Notes: generated by a model from the letters alone, not told the origin. DNA of 64,000 nt from an uncultured delta proteobacterium (GCA_963778115.1 CAVZSV010000004.1:64001-128000); one strand, 5' to 3'; positions 1-10,259 are shown, counted from the stretch's first letter. Translations and numbers: made by a program.

Positions 1-709
1 GCTGCTTACCCGTTTCGTCGTAAAGTTCGTGGTTGCGAGAGAAAAAGGGAGTACACTTCACCCCGTTTAATTCGACTTCATCGTCGTTTTTGGGCAACTC
101 TTTGAAAGGTTCCGAGCGGTAAACGATCTTGCCTATCTCTTTTTCCCGACCCGTTAAGAAAGCAACGTAAGCGGCTTGCGCCTCGTTTAGAATATCGTTC
201 ACTTCGGAGAGCGGTAAATCTTTGGGATCGATATTACCGAAAGGGTTTTTGCATTGGTTGTAGGGTTGAAAATACCCCATGTAGTCGGCGACCAGAAATT
301 GATGCATTCCCGGAATTCGCGCTTTTACGATGGCTCCTAATTTCCAGTAGGCCTTGTGCAAAGCGGTGCGAAGCTCTTTGCGATCTTTGTCGTCGGCCTT
401 TTCGTTAGCTTTCTTTTGAGCTTTGGGTTTATTAGCGGACGCTTCTTTTTTTGTGGCATCAGCAGGAGCGGTCTTCGGCGCATTTGCGGGCTGTTGCTGA
501 GCTTGAGCAGTAGGAGCAGCTTTTGCGGGCTGGGATTTTTTGGCATTGGGAACCGTGGTAGCTCGGCGGGGAGCTTGAGCGGGAGTAGGGGCTACAGCCG
601 ATGGTTGAGTTCGGGAAGCGGGAGCGGGTGTCGTCGCAACTTGCGCCCAGACGGTAGGCGGAACGATCATGTAGACGCAAAGATAGATTGTGACTATCTG
701 TCTAAACAT
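1..709 (-). CDS. Hypothetical exported protein, partial (runs off the left edge)
   Basis: Not in the ORF track. My translation from ATG 709 (G-rich SD upstream) reads MFRQIVTIYLCVYMIVPPTVWAQ (signal-peptide-like), then an Ala/Pro/Lys/Gln linker and a globular region, open to the window edge. Confidence 0.75.
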   Translation of the reverse strand, partial: MFRQIVTIYLCVYMIVPPTVWAQVATTPAPASRTQPSAVAPTPAQAPRRATTVPNAKKSQPAKAAPTAQAQQQPANAPKTAPADATKKEASANKPKAQKKANEKADDKDRKELRTALHKAYWKLGAIVKARIPGMHQFLVADYMGYFQPYNQCKNPFGNIDPKDLPLSEVNDILNEAQAAYVAFLTGREKEIGKIVYRSEPFKELPKNDDEVELNGVKCTPFFSRNHELYDETGKQ

Positions 710-1047
710 CGCCCCCCCGAACCACGCCTCTCGTCAAATTGCCCCCTAATTAACTCGAGTGCGACCTCTCGCGGATTGCGCGCCTTTTTCGGCACCTTCG
801 CCTTTACCTTCACCGCGGATGTCTTTTAATGCATTTGTGTTTGAGACTTATACCAATTTTGACGCTTAGAGTCAATCAGAACGGTGAGTTATTTTGACGC
901 AACATTCTGCTTGATTTTTTTCGTAGCCTTGTGTCATAAGGGCAACACTTGGCTAGCAAAATTCGTCTTCCTCTGCCTAAATTTTTAGGTGGAGCTTTCG
1001 TATTCCGTTGGCCAGTTAACAAACGGTATCTAATGAGGAAAACAAAG

Positions 1048-2010
1048 ATGAAATTGAATAAAATAGGTTGGAATTGGATCGCAAAGGTAGCTCTGGTAGG
1101 TGCCCTTTTTGGGCAACTCTCCGCTTTTGGAATAGACGTAGTTTCTACTGAACTGAAAACGCTCTTCAGTGCGTTGGATACCGTATCGGTAGCCGATGGA
1201 GAGGCTCTGCTCAGCAAGAGTTTGGCTGGCGATGCCGCTTCCGCGAAGTACATTGCTGGTTTCAAAATTCTTCACAAGAGCATCCACGGAAGTAAGAGCA
1301 TTACGCTGGCTCAATTCCGGGATTTCGCGAACCAAAATCATCTGACGTTGAATGCCACGTTGGGTGGGGTGACTGAACTTGTCACTGCAAAGAAGCCGGT
1401 CACTTTGGCTAATCTTCAAGGGACTGCTTCCATCGTTTCGTACACCAAAGCCCTTTCGGCGAATCAGGCGCAAACTGCGGTTGTCGGACTTCCGACGCAA
1501 CTTCCTGCCGCAACTACTGGCGGAGCAGTGAGCCCGGTGCAAGCCATGGCTTTTTACCAAGGCTACAGACCGGTTACTCCCGAATTTGCTCAACACCATG
1601 CCAAGACCAAGGGTTGCACCACGGCAGCCTGCACCATCGAGCAACAGCAGGTCGGTACCGTTCTTGCCGCCGCGAAAACGGCGTGCAACGGCTTAGAAAA
1701 AACCGTTCCTGACTGCACTACTTTAGCGATTCAAAGTTCTGAGAACTGGGCGGCCGGTACTTACTCCGGAATGCTCGCTGGTGGCGACGACGCTCAAAGC
1801 GGAACAGACTGGACCGCAGTCTCGTTGTACGGACAGAAATTGGGAACTGACCCGGCCGGTATCATGAAAGGCTGGAGAGTGATTACAGCGGAATCGCTTC
1901 AAAATCCCATTGAATATTACAATGCTCATCCCGAACTCAATAAATGTGTCCGTGGACGAGGTGACCAGAATGCGGATGCTAACGCCGTAGGCGCTGGCGC
2001 CGAAGGTTAA
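1048..2010 (+). CDS. Hypothetical exported protein, Ala/Thr-rich with several Cys
   Basis: Long ORF; GAGGA SD before ATG 1048; hydrophobic N-terminus; followed by a strong terminator. Confidence 0.75.
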   Translation: MKLNKIGWNWIAKVALVGALFGQLSAFGIDVVSTELKTLFSALDTVSVADGEALLSKSLAGDAASAKYIAGFKILHKSIHGSKSITLAQFRDFANQNHLTLNATLGGVTELVTAKKPVTLANLQGTASIVSYTKALSANQAQTAVVGLPTQLPAATTGGAVSPVQAMAFYQGYRPVTPEFAQHHAKTKGCTTAACTIEQQQVGTVLAAAKTACNGLEKTVPDCTTLAIQSSENWAAGTYSGMLAGGDDAQSGTDWTAVSLYGQKLGTDPAGIMKGWRVITAESLQNPIEYYNAHPELNKCVRGRGDQNADANAVGAGAEG

Positions 2011-2027
2011 GACATTCGATACCGTTT

Positions 2028-2065
2028 AAAAGGGGTGTGTCCGTCGGGCACACCCCTTTTTTTTT
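2028..2065 (+). terminator. Rho-independent terminator
   Basis: AAAAGGGGTGTGTCC-GTC-GGGCACACCCC followed by T9, just after the stop at 2010. Confidence 0.9.
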
Positions 2066-2437
2066 GCTCTAAAATATCGGGAAGAACTAGAGCTAGAGAA
2101 TAAAGCTAGTGCGAATGGCTAAAGCGAGTAATCGACCCAAGCGTGCGAAGTCTGCTTAAATGTGAACCTGAACTTCACCCTTGGACATGAACATAGACGT
2201 AAGCGTCTACACAAGGCAGAGCCGGTCATGATTTTAGGGGTTGCCACGCCGCTCTGCTCCTCAATGACAGCCAGGCTGTTCACGATCAAGATCACCGCTC
2301 ACGACGACGAACGTAGCGTGCCCTACAAGAGACAGCGCCATTATGATTTTAAGGACAAAGAGTTGTCATGGCGAGGAGCAGGAGGCAAGCGACTCGCCGA
2401 AGAATCCCCCTGCTGCATGAGTACCGCGCCGTTATAA

Positions 2438-4687
2438 CTACCTACCCCGTACCGCCGCCGGAGCTGCCCGTCTTACAGGAGCGGGTGCCGTGGTCTGGGG
2501 CTTGGCCGTCGTCGTAGCGGGGGCTGCTGCCTTCGAACCTTTGGGAGCCTCTGGCGGCCATTCCGCCGGCGTTTCAGAGGGCTTTTTCGCTGCATCCTGC
2601 TTTTCTTTTTCCGCTTTGGCCGCCGCGGCTTCGGCTTCGTCCGCCTTTTGTTGCTCGTCCATCTTGGCCTTCCACTTGGCCTCCTCTTCGTCAGTGAGAG
2701 GGAGAGGATTTTTATCGACGTCAACTAAGCCTTTATCTTTCATCGTTTCCAGAGTCTTAATTCCGGCTTCGAGATACTTAACGAGGTCGTTATACTTTCC
2801 ATTTTCTATCTCTTTGAGATCGGAGAAAAAGGCCGTTCGTTTTGTCTTGGGTAGTTTGGAAAGCGCATCCAATAAGTCCCGATAGAGGTCGTGATAACGA
2901 GAGGCTTTGAGCATCGCCGCCGGCGAAGCTACCGCTAACTCATCGATAATCTCTTCTAGCGTCGGCTCTCGACTCTCGGGGGAAAGGGTCTCGACATCTC
3001 TGTCACGTATCGAAGGTATATTCTTAAGTTCAGCGTAATTTGGAATCTCACGAAGCTTGGCAAAAAGGGTCATCCAAAACAGGCGATAATAGCGCACACT
3101 TTGTTCTTTATCTTCAGGCGGAGCCGGAATTCCCAATTCCTTAGCTAGATCTTCCACCTTTTTCCGAGCGGCTTGGTCTTCAGGCCCTTTTTCCGTGGGG
3201 TCCTTGTGTCGGATGAGATAATCCATTTCAGACAAAAGATGACACTGCTTAACCATCTCTAACGAACTTTGATTTCGAACGCTAACCGGCGAATGAAGTG
3301 TCTTAAAAACGCCCGCGTATTGGTCTTTCATGTCCCGCCAGAGGATCTCCACCATCAGACCAAGGGCGTCTTCCTTGAGCAGAGTGGCGTCGAAAATAGC
3401 CTGCTGTTCCGCCTGTCCCAGCGCACGATCGGCTTCGGTAGCGCGTTTCTGTTTTCTGATGGGCTCTTCGGTCAAAAAGCGAATGAGGCTATAGCTTCCA
3501 AAAACTAGAAGCGCCATGCCCAAAGCCGGTGCCCCCGTTCTAACGGAACGCTTGAACAGATTCTTCGTCGCCGCCATTCGGGATAGGCCTCTAAGAGGGT
3601 ATTGCTCTCCGTAAGTCATAGCTCGCCAGGTGGCCTTGACCGAAGTCGCTTCACTCTCCACCTGTCCGACATAACGACCGGTCTCCACACCAAACTTAGA
3701 GAGTTCGGGAACTGCCGTCGTTACCCCTGTCACTTCGGACATAAATTGGTCGGGGTTGGCCAACTTTGCCGTGATGGCACCAGGAGCAAGATTGAGCCTT
3801 TTTTCCGCATTGGGGCCAAGATCTTTTAGTAGCTCGTACTCGGTCTTATTAAGACGGTGGTACTCCCCAAAGGCATCGACTAGTTGCTCAAGTGTTGTAG
3901 CACTTGCCCCTGTGGCGGCAGTTGCCGTCGTAAATTCGCTAACCCCTTGTTCCGCGAGATCTCCGATCACTTTACTCTTCACGGATTCAGGGAGGTGTTC
4001 GAAGAGAAGTTTGGCGTCTTCGGATTTAGCCTGAAGAATGAGTTTTTCTAATTTCTGATCGGCCTTAAGCTTGGCCTTCTGGAGAGCTTCCCATTCGTTT
4101 TTATTGGCGTAGTTTTTTAAGAGATCAATCTCCTTACGAGCATTCTTCTGAAATGCTTTCCAGCCACTTCGATAATAGATAGCAGATGGAATTACGGTAG
4201 CGACAAGCAGAACGGAAAAGCGTGTGGCATCGGTAAAGGATTCTCCAAAAACCCGTTGGGCCATGGAGTAGTTAGACTCTTTGCCGTCGTTAGTTAGCTC
4301 AGGGCTTTTCGCTTCAATAATGGCCCTGTCAACTTTGTCGTATTTGGTTTTCTTTGCGGGGGTTGCCTCTTTTGTGGCCGGGGCTTTATCGGTAGCTGGC
4401 TTTTGAGTGGCATCATCCGTGGGAGCCGTTGCACCTTCTTTAGCAGGTTCTTCTTTTGTGACGGGAGCATTAGGCTGGGTAGCCGCCGGTTCTACTTTTA
4501 AATCAGTGGGAGCAATAGGAGGCGCTTCGGTATCTACTTTCGCGGGCTCAGTAGTCGCAGCCGCAGGCGCGGTTTGCGAAGCGGGTTTACTGGCTTGCTC
4601 GGCGTACGAAGCATAGGGCAAAAGCAAAGATCCAATAAGAGCAGACGAGACGAGCCGGTGAAGTAACCCATGTGACCCCTTCAACAC
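2438..4687 (-). CDS. Hypothetical exported/membrane protein (~750 aa)
   Basis: AGGAGG SD before GTG 4687/TTG 4684; signal peptide ending YASYA; Pro/Ala/Thr/Lys-rich termini; two internal hydrophobic segments. Confidence 0.8.
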   Translation of the reverse strand: MLKGSHGLLHRLVSSALIGSLLLPYASYAEQASKPASQTAPAAATTEPAKVDTEAPPIAPTDLKVEPAATQPNAPVTKEEPAKEGATAPTDDATQKPATDKAPATKEATPAKKTKYDKVDRAIIEAKSPELTNDGKESNYSMAQRVFGESFTDATRFSVLLVATVIPSAIYYRSGWKAFQKNARKEIDLLKNYANKNEWEALQKAKLKADQKLEKLILQAKSEDAKLLFEHLPESVKSKVIGDLAEQGVSEFTTATAATGASATTLEQLVDAFGEYHRLNKTEYELLKDLGPNAEKRLNLAPGAITAKLANPDQFMSEVTGVTTAVPELSKFGVETGRYVGQVESEATSVKATWRAMTYGEQYPLRGLSRMAATKNLFKRSVRTGAPALGMALLVFGSYSLIRFLTEEPIRKQKRATEADRALGQAEQQAIFDATLLKEDALGLMVEILWRDMKDQYAGVFKTLHSPVSVRNQSSLEMVKQCHLLSEMDYLIRHKDPTEKGPEDQAARKKVEDLAKELGIPAPPEDKEQSVRYYRLFWMTLFAKLREIPNYAELKNIPSIRDRDVETLSPESREPTLEEIIDELAVASPAAMLKASRYHDLYRDLLDALSKLPKTKRTAFFSDLKEIENGKYNDLVKYLEAGIKTLETMKDKGLVDVDKNPLPLTDEEEAKWKAKMDEQQKADEAEAAAAKAEKEKQDAAKKPSETPAEWPPEAPKGSKAAAPATTTAKPQTTAPAPVRRAAPAAVRGR

Positions 4688-4761
4688 TTCCTCCTTGGCG
4701 AAATCGCAGATGACGCACCATATCATAAAAGAAACTGAAACCAAACCTGAAAAATTATACC

Positions 4762-4789
4762 TTGATGCATTGCGTTAAATAGGTATAAT
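4762..4789 (+). promoter_or_regulatory. Putative sigma70 promoter of the 1401-aa gene
   Basis: TTGATG-16 nt-TATAAT, ~38 nt before GTG 4827. Confidence 0.45.
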
Positions 4790-4826
4790 GCGGCCAATCA
4801 TGGTTTGAAATGGGGGTCCGTCCGCT

Positions 4827-7800
4827 GTGAAATGGGTATTTCACATCCCGCGCATCGCGCTCTTTCTTTGCAGCTTAGTTCTCTTCTTGAGCCCTAAGAG
4901 TCTACATGCGAGTTCCGTTCAAGAATTTGTAGCCCAATCTCAAGCGGTGAGCCGGGAAGCGGAAAACCTTTTCAGGGAAGCGATGAAAAACGAGCTTCCT
5001 CAGAATCGAGAAGGGTTACGACAACGAGCCCAGGCCGGCCAACAAACTATTAAAACTGATCTCGATCCGCGTTTTGCTTCTGCTCTCTCGGACGCCTTAG
5101 CTCAATTCAACTCTCCTTCAAGCGCCTATTTGCAACGATTAAAAGACGAAGTGAAGGCAGACATCGAACTGGTTCGTGGAACCTCGGACGAAAAAGATTC
5201 GCCCCTCATCGAAAAAGGAACTCTCAATTTAGAACAGGCCGATGAAAGCTTTAGACCTCTTATTCAAATGTATTTACGGCTCGCAGAGACCAGGCCCGTA
5301 GAAGATTTACTAGCCCTGCTTCAAGCCTACGCGTCCTTATCGATGGATTATCTCTATTTTAGCCATGTTCAATATACTAACAGTACCAATCAGGTAAGCC
5401 TTCCTTGGGAAGCTTACATGCGAGTCTATAGTGACTCGCAATATGTGCTTAGTATTACTCGGACCTTTTTTCCGGGATTTCCTGATTATTCGTTCGGACA
5501 GATTCCAATGGGAAAAGACAACCCAGCGGTGGAAAAACAGATTCTCCAACCCTTTTTAAATTCGTTTAGCAATGGACAAGGGAATGCGTCGAGCTCCGTA
5601 CAAGCCCGAGTCACCACAATACTCCAGGGGTTTGGTCGCATATCAGGAGCCCTCGAAACCTATCGCGCGATCTTCTTTCCTAGATATGCCGCGGACGGAG
5701 TCCTTCGCCATTTTTCTATCTCGATGTATTCCACTCCGGGAGTGGCCGAGTGCCAACCGCTCGCTAGCGGACATGCGGTCTTAGGCGGAAGCGGCTGTTA
5801 TCGACCGTCCTTGTTTCGAAAATTCATGGATCGCTATACCAGCTTTTACCATCGAATCGCCGACTTTGGAGCAGTCGAACTCTTGCAAGGTTTCATCTCG
5901 GAGTATTTGCGTGGGGAATATGGGAATCTTAAGACCGAGCCCGATGCCGCATGGAGTATTTTAGAATCCAAGATTACCAAGCTGGGTATTGGAAATGCCA
6001 TTCCGCAGCTCCAACAGAGATGGCCCGTGGTGACCGAAATTCTTTTCAAAGATGACCGTCTGAAAAAGATGTTAGAGAGCCAAGCCTCAGGGCTAGAAAT
6101 CTTTAAGTTTTTGAAAGACACCCTCCTATCGCAGGGAGTCGGTGTTCGCCAAGAGATGAATCGGCTAGTCGAAGCGGGTTTCCATACAGAATTTACTCCT
6201 GACGTAAAAGCGATGGAGGAGCTTCAAGAAGCGTTTCAAGTAAATGTCATGCAGCCCTTAATGGAAAAAAGCATTTTTAAGGATAATCCCAAGGTCACTG
6301 ATCGTTTTGAAGAAAAGATTGCGCAGATCCAAAAGAACTATCCTGGAGCGAAATTGTCCTTTAGCGCTAAAGAAAGGCTAAAGGAAGATTCCGTTCTCGA
6401 GATGATGGAAGGTAAGCTCACGCAGTTTATGGCCATGGATTCGTGGTGTCCCTTCTTTAATGACACCTCAAAGACCCCTGGCCAGAAAGCCTCCGAAAGC
6501 CCTTGGGTGATCAACCCTACTTCGATGAGCACGGAAAAGATGCCTACTTCCACCAATGGCGCCAATGGGATTCAGCAAATTGTGCCTTATTACAAAGCCA
6601 GTTTCGCCAATGCGTACACGATTCAAAACTCTGATCGCCCGGAAAAAATGTTTGCCGGCATCGCGGTAAAAACTTCTCTGGGGCTTATCATTCCCAATGT
6701 CGTTCAAGCTCGAATGCTGATGGCCGATTTCCTTGGAGAGGACAAAGGAAGCAAACCCTCCGACTATGGCGTCGAAAATACCGACGATGAAGTCAGAGAT
6801 AGCCTTATGGATGTCGCTAACCAACAGTATCATTTTTACGACTATCCGGTACTAGTTCAACTGAGCAAACAGGCCTTTCGTGACATGATCCATCGCTACG
6901 GGATGCGTAAACTTCGTGAACAAATGGACGAGCAAAACATTACTGACAGCGACGAAGTCGCCAAGCGCGCCGCTCTTTACGAGAAAAACTTTTCAACGAA
7001 CTTCCCCAAAATTCGAGACCAGTTTGGCCAACAATTTCGACAAGAGATGAAAGGGGCTGCCATTGTCTTGCGAAAGTGGCAGAAGCGAATCGATGAACTT
7101 AAGGAAAACGGCTACACAACCGGCTCCCCTTCCCTCATGGACGATCTGCTGGCGGGTAAAGCCTCTCCCCAAGAAATCCAACAGCGTAAACAAGGGCTCG
7201 GCGCCGGAGTTGAAAATTCTTTAAATAAAAGTTTCGCTGAAGACATAGGAATTCTGAAACGAACCGCAGATCTTAGTGAGCAGCCAGAGTTTAAAGGAAA
7301 AGAGGATCCGGTCACGCTAGAAAAAATTTATAACCTCGCTTCAAAGATGCCCCCTTCTCGCCGGGAATTGACTCGTGAGGAGTTTACCGAACAGTTTCGT
7401 CGTTATGGAAAGCGCATGGTACCGGATACGTTTTACCAGGACCTTATGGGATTTCCGTATGGGGAACACACTTTCCAGCCCAGCGATCTTACAAGAATCT
7501 ACGAGCTAGCCAGTAATAACTATCACCGACGACTCGAGTATATGGAATATGGGAGAGACCTATTGCTCTTTCGGTTTCCTGCATTGAAATTAAATGATGC
7601 GTATCTCACCTATAACGGCAGCGAGAGCCAGTACCGCAAAGTAATGACCGCCTATCTCCAGAATGGAGTTAGCGAAGCCAATAGGTGGTGGACGCTGGGT
7701 GCTACAACGTGGACCGACAAAGGAAAGGAATTTTTTGTTCCCGTTGGCGAGGACCTAAGGCAAGCCCGTAAGATTATCGCCGAAGTGATTCCCAATGTGC

Positions 7801-9032
7801 CGCTTCTAGATCTGATTCTTCGGATGTATCCCGATCAGAAAGCGTTTGTCTGTTCCAAGCAATTGCAAAATCAACAGAGCGAAGACTCGTATAACAAGTG
7901 GAAAAATTATAGCCGGTGGGGTGGAGGTTCGGTAGCTTTTGTGGGTTCCCTCGGCATGATGATGGCAGTTCCCTTTGCTCCCGCCGCAGTAGCTGTCGGG
8001 GCAGGTGTGGTCGCCGTTGCCGCGGTGACTTCCACGTACCAGGCCATGGTAAGGGCCTCCGAAGTGGATGCCGCTCGCCACTGGGAAATTGCGGCTTCAG
8101 GGCAGATGGGATTTTCAGAAGAAAGCAGAAATTTAGACTACATCCGAGAGATGCAGAAGAAATCGGATCGTGCGTACTGGGTGGCAGCTGGAGATATCGC
8201 TCTCACCGCGGCATCGGCCTTACCCTTGCTACCCACTCTGGGCAGATTTGCCGTTACCGTGGGTCGCGGAGCATGGGCTTCAGGTCCATTGGAAAGTATG
8301 AGATATACCGTACGAGTTCCGCTGCGCTTGTTCACCAATATCAGCACTGCCACAAATCGAGCGGCACAGCCTTTAGTAGATGCTGGAATTTTGGCGGAGC
8401 AAACCCAACCTTTCCTAACTCGATTTTGGAACGCGGCATTTCCTTTTGTCACTGACGCCGCGGGTCCTCTGGGTCTGGTCGAAAGACCGGCTCATTTAGC
8501 GGCATTTGGGCTAATCGAATATAACAATCTGCTATTGGGTTGGGCTGGTTTGACCTTAGCCAATACGGGCCGAGGGATGGCGGCGGGCTTTCTTTTTGGC
8601 GCCACTACTTTAACGCCCGTTGGACTTTATATCTTTTCCTCCATTCAGGAAAATGCCACCGTGGCGGCGATGAGCCGCATCCGCGAGAACCCCGAATATA
8701 ATTCCGACCTCATTCAACTCATGAACGGGGGCTATATTCGCCACTCCGAACTTCGCGGCATTATGGAAACCGATGCGAAACTTATAGAAACCCTAAAGAG
8801 CAGCCTTGCGGAAGAGGTCGAAAGAACGAAGCAGTTTTTGGAGCAAAATAGCGAAAATCCCAAAGCTTCCGCTGACTACGCGGCGGCCCTTCGTCAGTAT
8901 GCTCCGAAATTGGATGCGGCTTTGCAGGCTATGGAAGAGAAAAAAGAGATCAATACGCCGGATTATATAGTATTAAAGCGACGTCAGGTTGAGGCAAAGC
9001 TCTTGATAAGAAGCCTAGAGGACTCTAAATGA
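4827..9032 (+). CDS. Large hypothetical exported protein (1401 aa) with C-terminal hydrophobic helices
   Basis: Uninterrupted 4.2-kb ORF; signal peptide ending SLHA; Gly/Ala-rich hydrophobic segments in the C-terminal third. Confidence 0.85.
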   Translation: MKWVFHIPRIALFLCSLVLFLSPKSLHASSVQEFVAQSQAVSREAENLFREAMKNELPQNREGLRQRAQAGQQTIKTDLDPRFASALSDALAQFNSPSSAYLQRLKDEVKADIELVRGTSDEKDSPLIEKGTLNLEQADESFRPLIQMYLRLAETRPVEDLLALLQAYASLSMDYLYFSHVQYTNSTNQVSLPWEAYMRVYSDSQYVLSITRTFFPGFPDYSFGQIPMGKDNPAVEKQILQPFLNSFSNGQGNASSSVQARVTTILQGFGRISGALETYRAIFFPRYAADGVLRHFSISMYSTPGVAECQPLASGHAVLGGSGCYRPSLFRKFMDRYTSFYHRIADFGAVELLQGFISEYLRGEYGNLKTEPDAAWSILESKITKLGIGNAIPQLQQRWPVVTEILFKDDRLKKMLESQASGLEIFKFLKDTLLSQGVGVRQEMNRLVEAGFHTEFTPDVKAMEELQEAFQVNVMQPLMEKSIFKDNPKVTDRFEEKIAQIQKNYPGAKLSFSAKERLKEDSVLEMMEGKLTQFMAMDSWCPFFNDTSKTPGQKASESPWVINPTSMSTEKMPTSTNGANGIQQIVPYYKASFANAYTIQNSDRPEKMFAGIAVKTSLGLIIPNVVQARMLMADFLGEDKGSKPSDYGVENTDDEVRDSLMDVANQQYHFYDYPVLVQLSKQAFRDMIHRYGMRKLREQMDEQNITDSDEVAKRAALYEKNFSTNFPKIRDQFGQQFRQEMKGAAIVLRKWQKRIDELKENGYTTGSPSLMDDLLAGKASPQEIQQRKQGLGAGVENSLNKSFAEDIGILKRTADLSEQPEFKGKEDPVTLEKIYNLASKMPPSRRELTREEFTEQFRRYGKRMVPDTFYQDLMGFPYGEHTFQPSDLTRIYELASNNYHRRLEYMEYGRDLLLFRFPALKLNDAYLTYNGSESQYRKVMTAYLQNGVSEANRWWTLGATTWTDKGKEFFVPVGEDLRQARKIIAEVIPNVPLLDLILRMYPDQKAFVCSKQLQNQQSEDSYNKWKNYSRWGGGSVAFVGSLGMMMAVPFAPAAVAVGAGVVAVAAVTSTYQAMVRASEVDAARHWEIAASGQMGFSEESRNLDYIREMQKKSDRAYWVAAGDIALTAASALPLLPTLGRFAVTVGRGAWASGPLESMRYTVRVPLRLFTNISTATNRAAQPLVDAGILAEQTQPFLTRFWNAAFPFVTDAAGPLGLVERPAHLAAFGLIEYNNLLLGWAGLTLANTGRGMAAGFLFGATTLTPVGLYIFSSIQENATVAAMSRIRENPEYNSDLIQLMNGGYIRHSELRGIMETDAKLIETLKSSLAEEVERTKQFLEQNSENPKASADYAAALRQYAPKLDAALQAMEEKKEINTPDYIVLKRRQVEAKLLIRSLEDSK

Positions 9033-9084
9033 TGCGTCTCGATGACGCTTCTTGAGAAGGATGATTTTTTTTTGGAGGTAAAGC

Positions 9085-10188
9085 ATGCAGTGGTCTATTA
9101 GTGGAATCGCTCGTAAGAGCTTGGCAGCTATCGTTACTTTGGGAGTCCTTGCGGGATGCGTGAGTCAGCCGACTCGGATACCGCCTCAGCGAACAGTATT
9201 CACCATCCTTCATGAATCCAATCGCCAAGGGGTTGTCGAGCCGTGCGGATGCGAAGGCAATCCTTTCGGGGGGATTGACCGAGAAAAAAATGCGGTGGAC
9301 CTCTTTAGAAAGGAAGGCAACGCGCTTTTCTATGTGGATTCCGGCAACGCCTTTTTTGCCAAGAGTGCTAAGGCGTCGCAGGTTCGCTCACTTCACAAAG
9401 CAAAGGACTTGGTGGGGATACTGAATCTAATCGGGCTTGATGTGGTATCCCCGGGACCGTTCGATTATGCGGCTGGAATCGATTCGCTTCAAAAGCTCTC
9501 GAAAGAAGCCCAATTTCCGTTTGTGAGTACCAACGTACTAGACAATTCCGGAAAAACCGCATTCGCCCCCTATGCCCTAATCGAGAAAAAAGGGCTTATT
9601 ATCGCGTTTGTTTCGGCAACTCCTTCGGTTTCGGAGAAAACCGGATATGTCGCAAAGCCTGTGGATAGTGTTCTTCCTCAAACGATCCAAGAGCTCAGAA
9701 AGAAGAGTGACGTCGTAGTGCTCCTTTCTCAGATGGGAATCGATCAGGACGAGAAATTAGCTAAAGCTTTGGACGTCGACATCATTGTGGGTGCCGATCT
9801 TTCGCACTCAAGCAACACGGCATTCTCCCTTCAGCATGGAAAGACGTTACTAGTCGACACCTCTTCTTATGGATATCGATTGGGAAAATTGGATGTTGAT
9901 TTAAGACTTCCCTTTCAAGGATTTTCCTCGCCCAAGGCTATCGAGCAGAATCTCGCCATTATCCAAGGAGCGGAAAAGATAGCTAGAGCGAATCCGAAAG
10001 ATAAGAGCAAACAAGAATACGTGGCCGATCTCAAAGCGAAGTTTCAGATAGTCGCCATCCCCGGGGGCTCCGATTATCAACATGGTTTGATTGCTCTTGA
10101 TAAGAAACGTTTTGGAACGCCAAACGAAATCTCCAAGCTCATTCAACAGAGCAAGAAACAGACTCGATTGCGTTCGCTTAGCGAATAA
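9085..10188 (+). CDS. UshA-like/5'-nucleotidase-type metallophosphoesterase lipoprotein
   Basis: Lipobox LAGC; EPCGC...GGIDR, VDSGN, PFVSTN, VVLLS and DIIVG motifs of the UshA N-terminal domain. Confidence 0.8.
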   Translation: MQWSISGIARKSLAAIVTLGVLAGCVSQPTRIPPQRTVFTILHESNRQGVVEPCGCEGNPFGGIDREKNAVDLFRKEGNALFYVDSGNAFFAKSAKASQVRSLHKAKDLVGILNLIGLDVVSPGPFDYAAGIDSLQKLSKEAQFPFVSTNVLDNSGKTAFAPYALIEKKGLIIAFVSATPSVSEKTGYVAKPVDSVLPQTIQELRKKSDVVVLLSQMGIDQDEKLAKALDVDIIVGADLSHSSNTAFSLQHGKTLLVDTSSYGYRLGKLDVDLRLPFQGFSSPKAIEQNLAIIQGAEKIARANPKDKSKQEYVADLKAKFQIVAIPGGSDYQHGLIALDKKRFGTPNEISKLIQQSKKQTRLRSLSE

Positions 10189-10196
10189 AAATCCCC

Positions 10197-10225
10197 TACA
10201 GAAAGGTAGGCCGTACCTTCTTGTA
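10197..10225. repeat. REP-like 29-bp palindrome, copy 1 (single)
   Basis: TACAGAAAGGTA-GGCCG-TACCTTCTTGTA; near-identical copies at 29607, 29640, 44779 and 44809. Confidence 0.85.
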
Positions 10226-10259
10226 TCCGCCGGCTCGAAGACTTTGTCGAGCCGGTGGA
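10226..10259 (+). terminator. GC-rich hairpin 3' of the UshA-like gene (terminator or stabiliser)
   Basis: TCCGCCGGCTCGA-8 nt-TCGAGCCGGTGGA, 13-bp stem with one G:U; weak U-tract. Confidence 0.45.

Noticed and set aside
337..829. Track ORFs of 69, 157 and 73 aa
   Set aside because: Shadows of the real minus-strand gene starting at 709, which the track missed because it has no stop in the window
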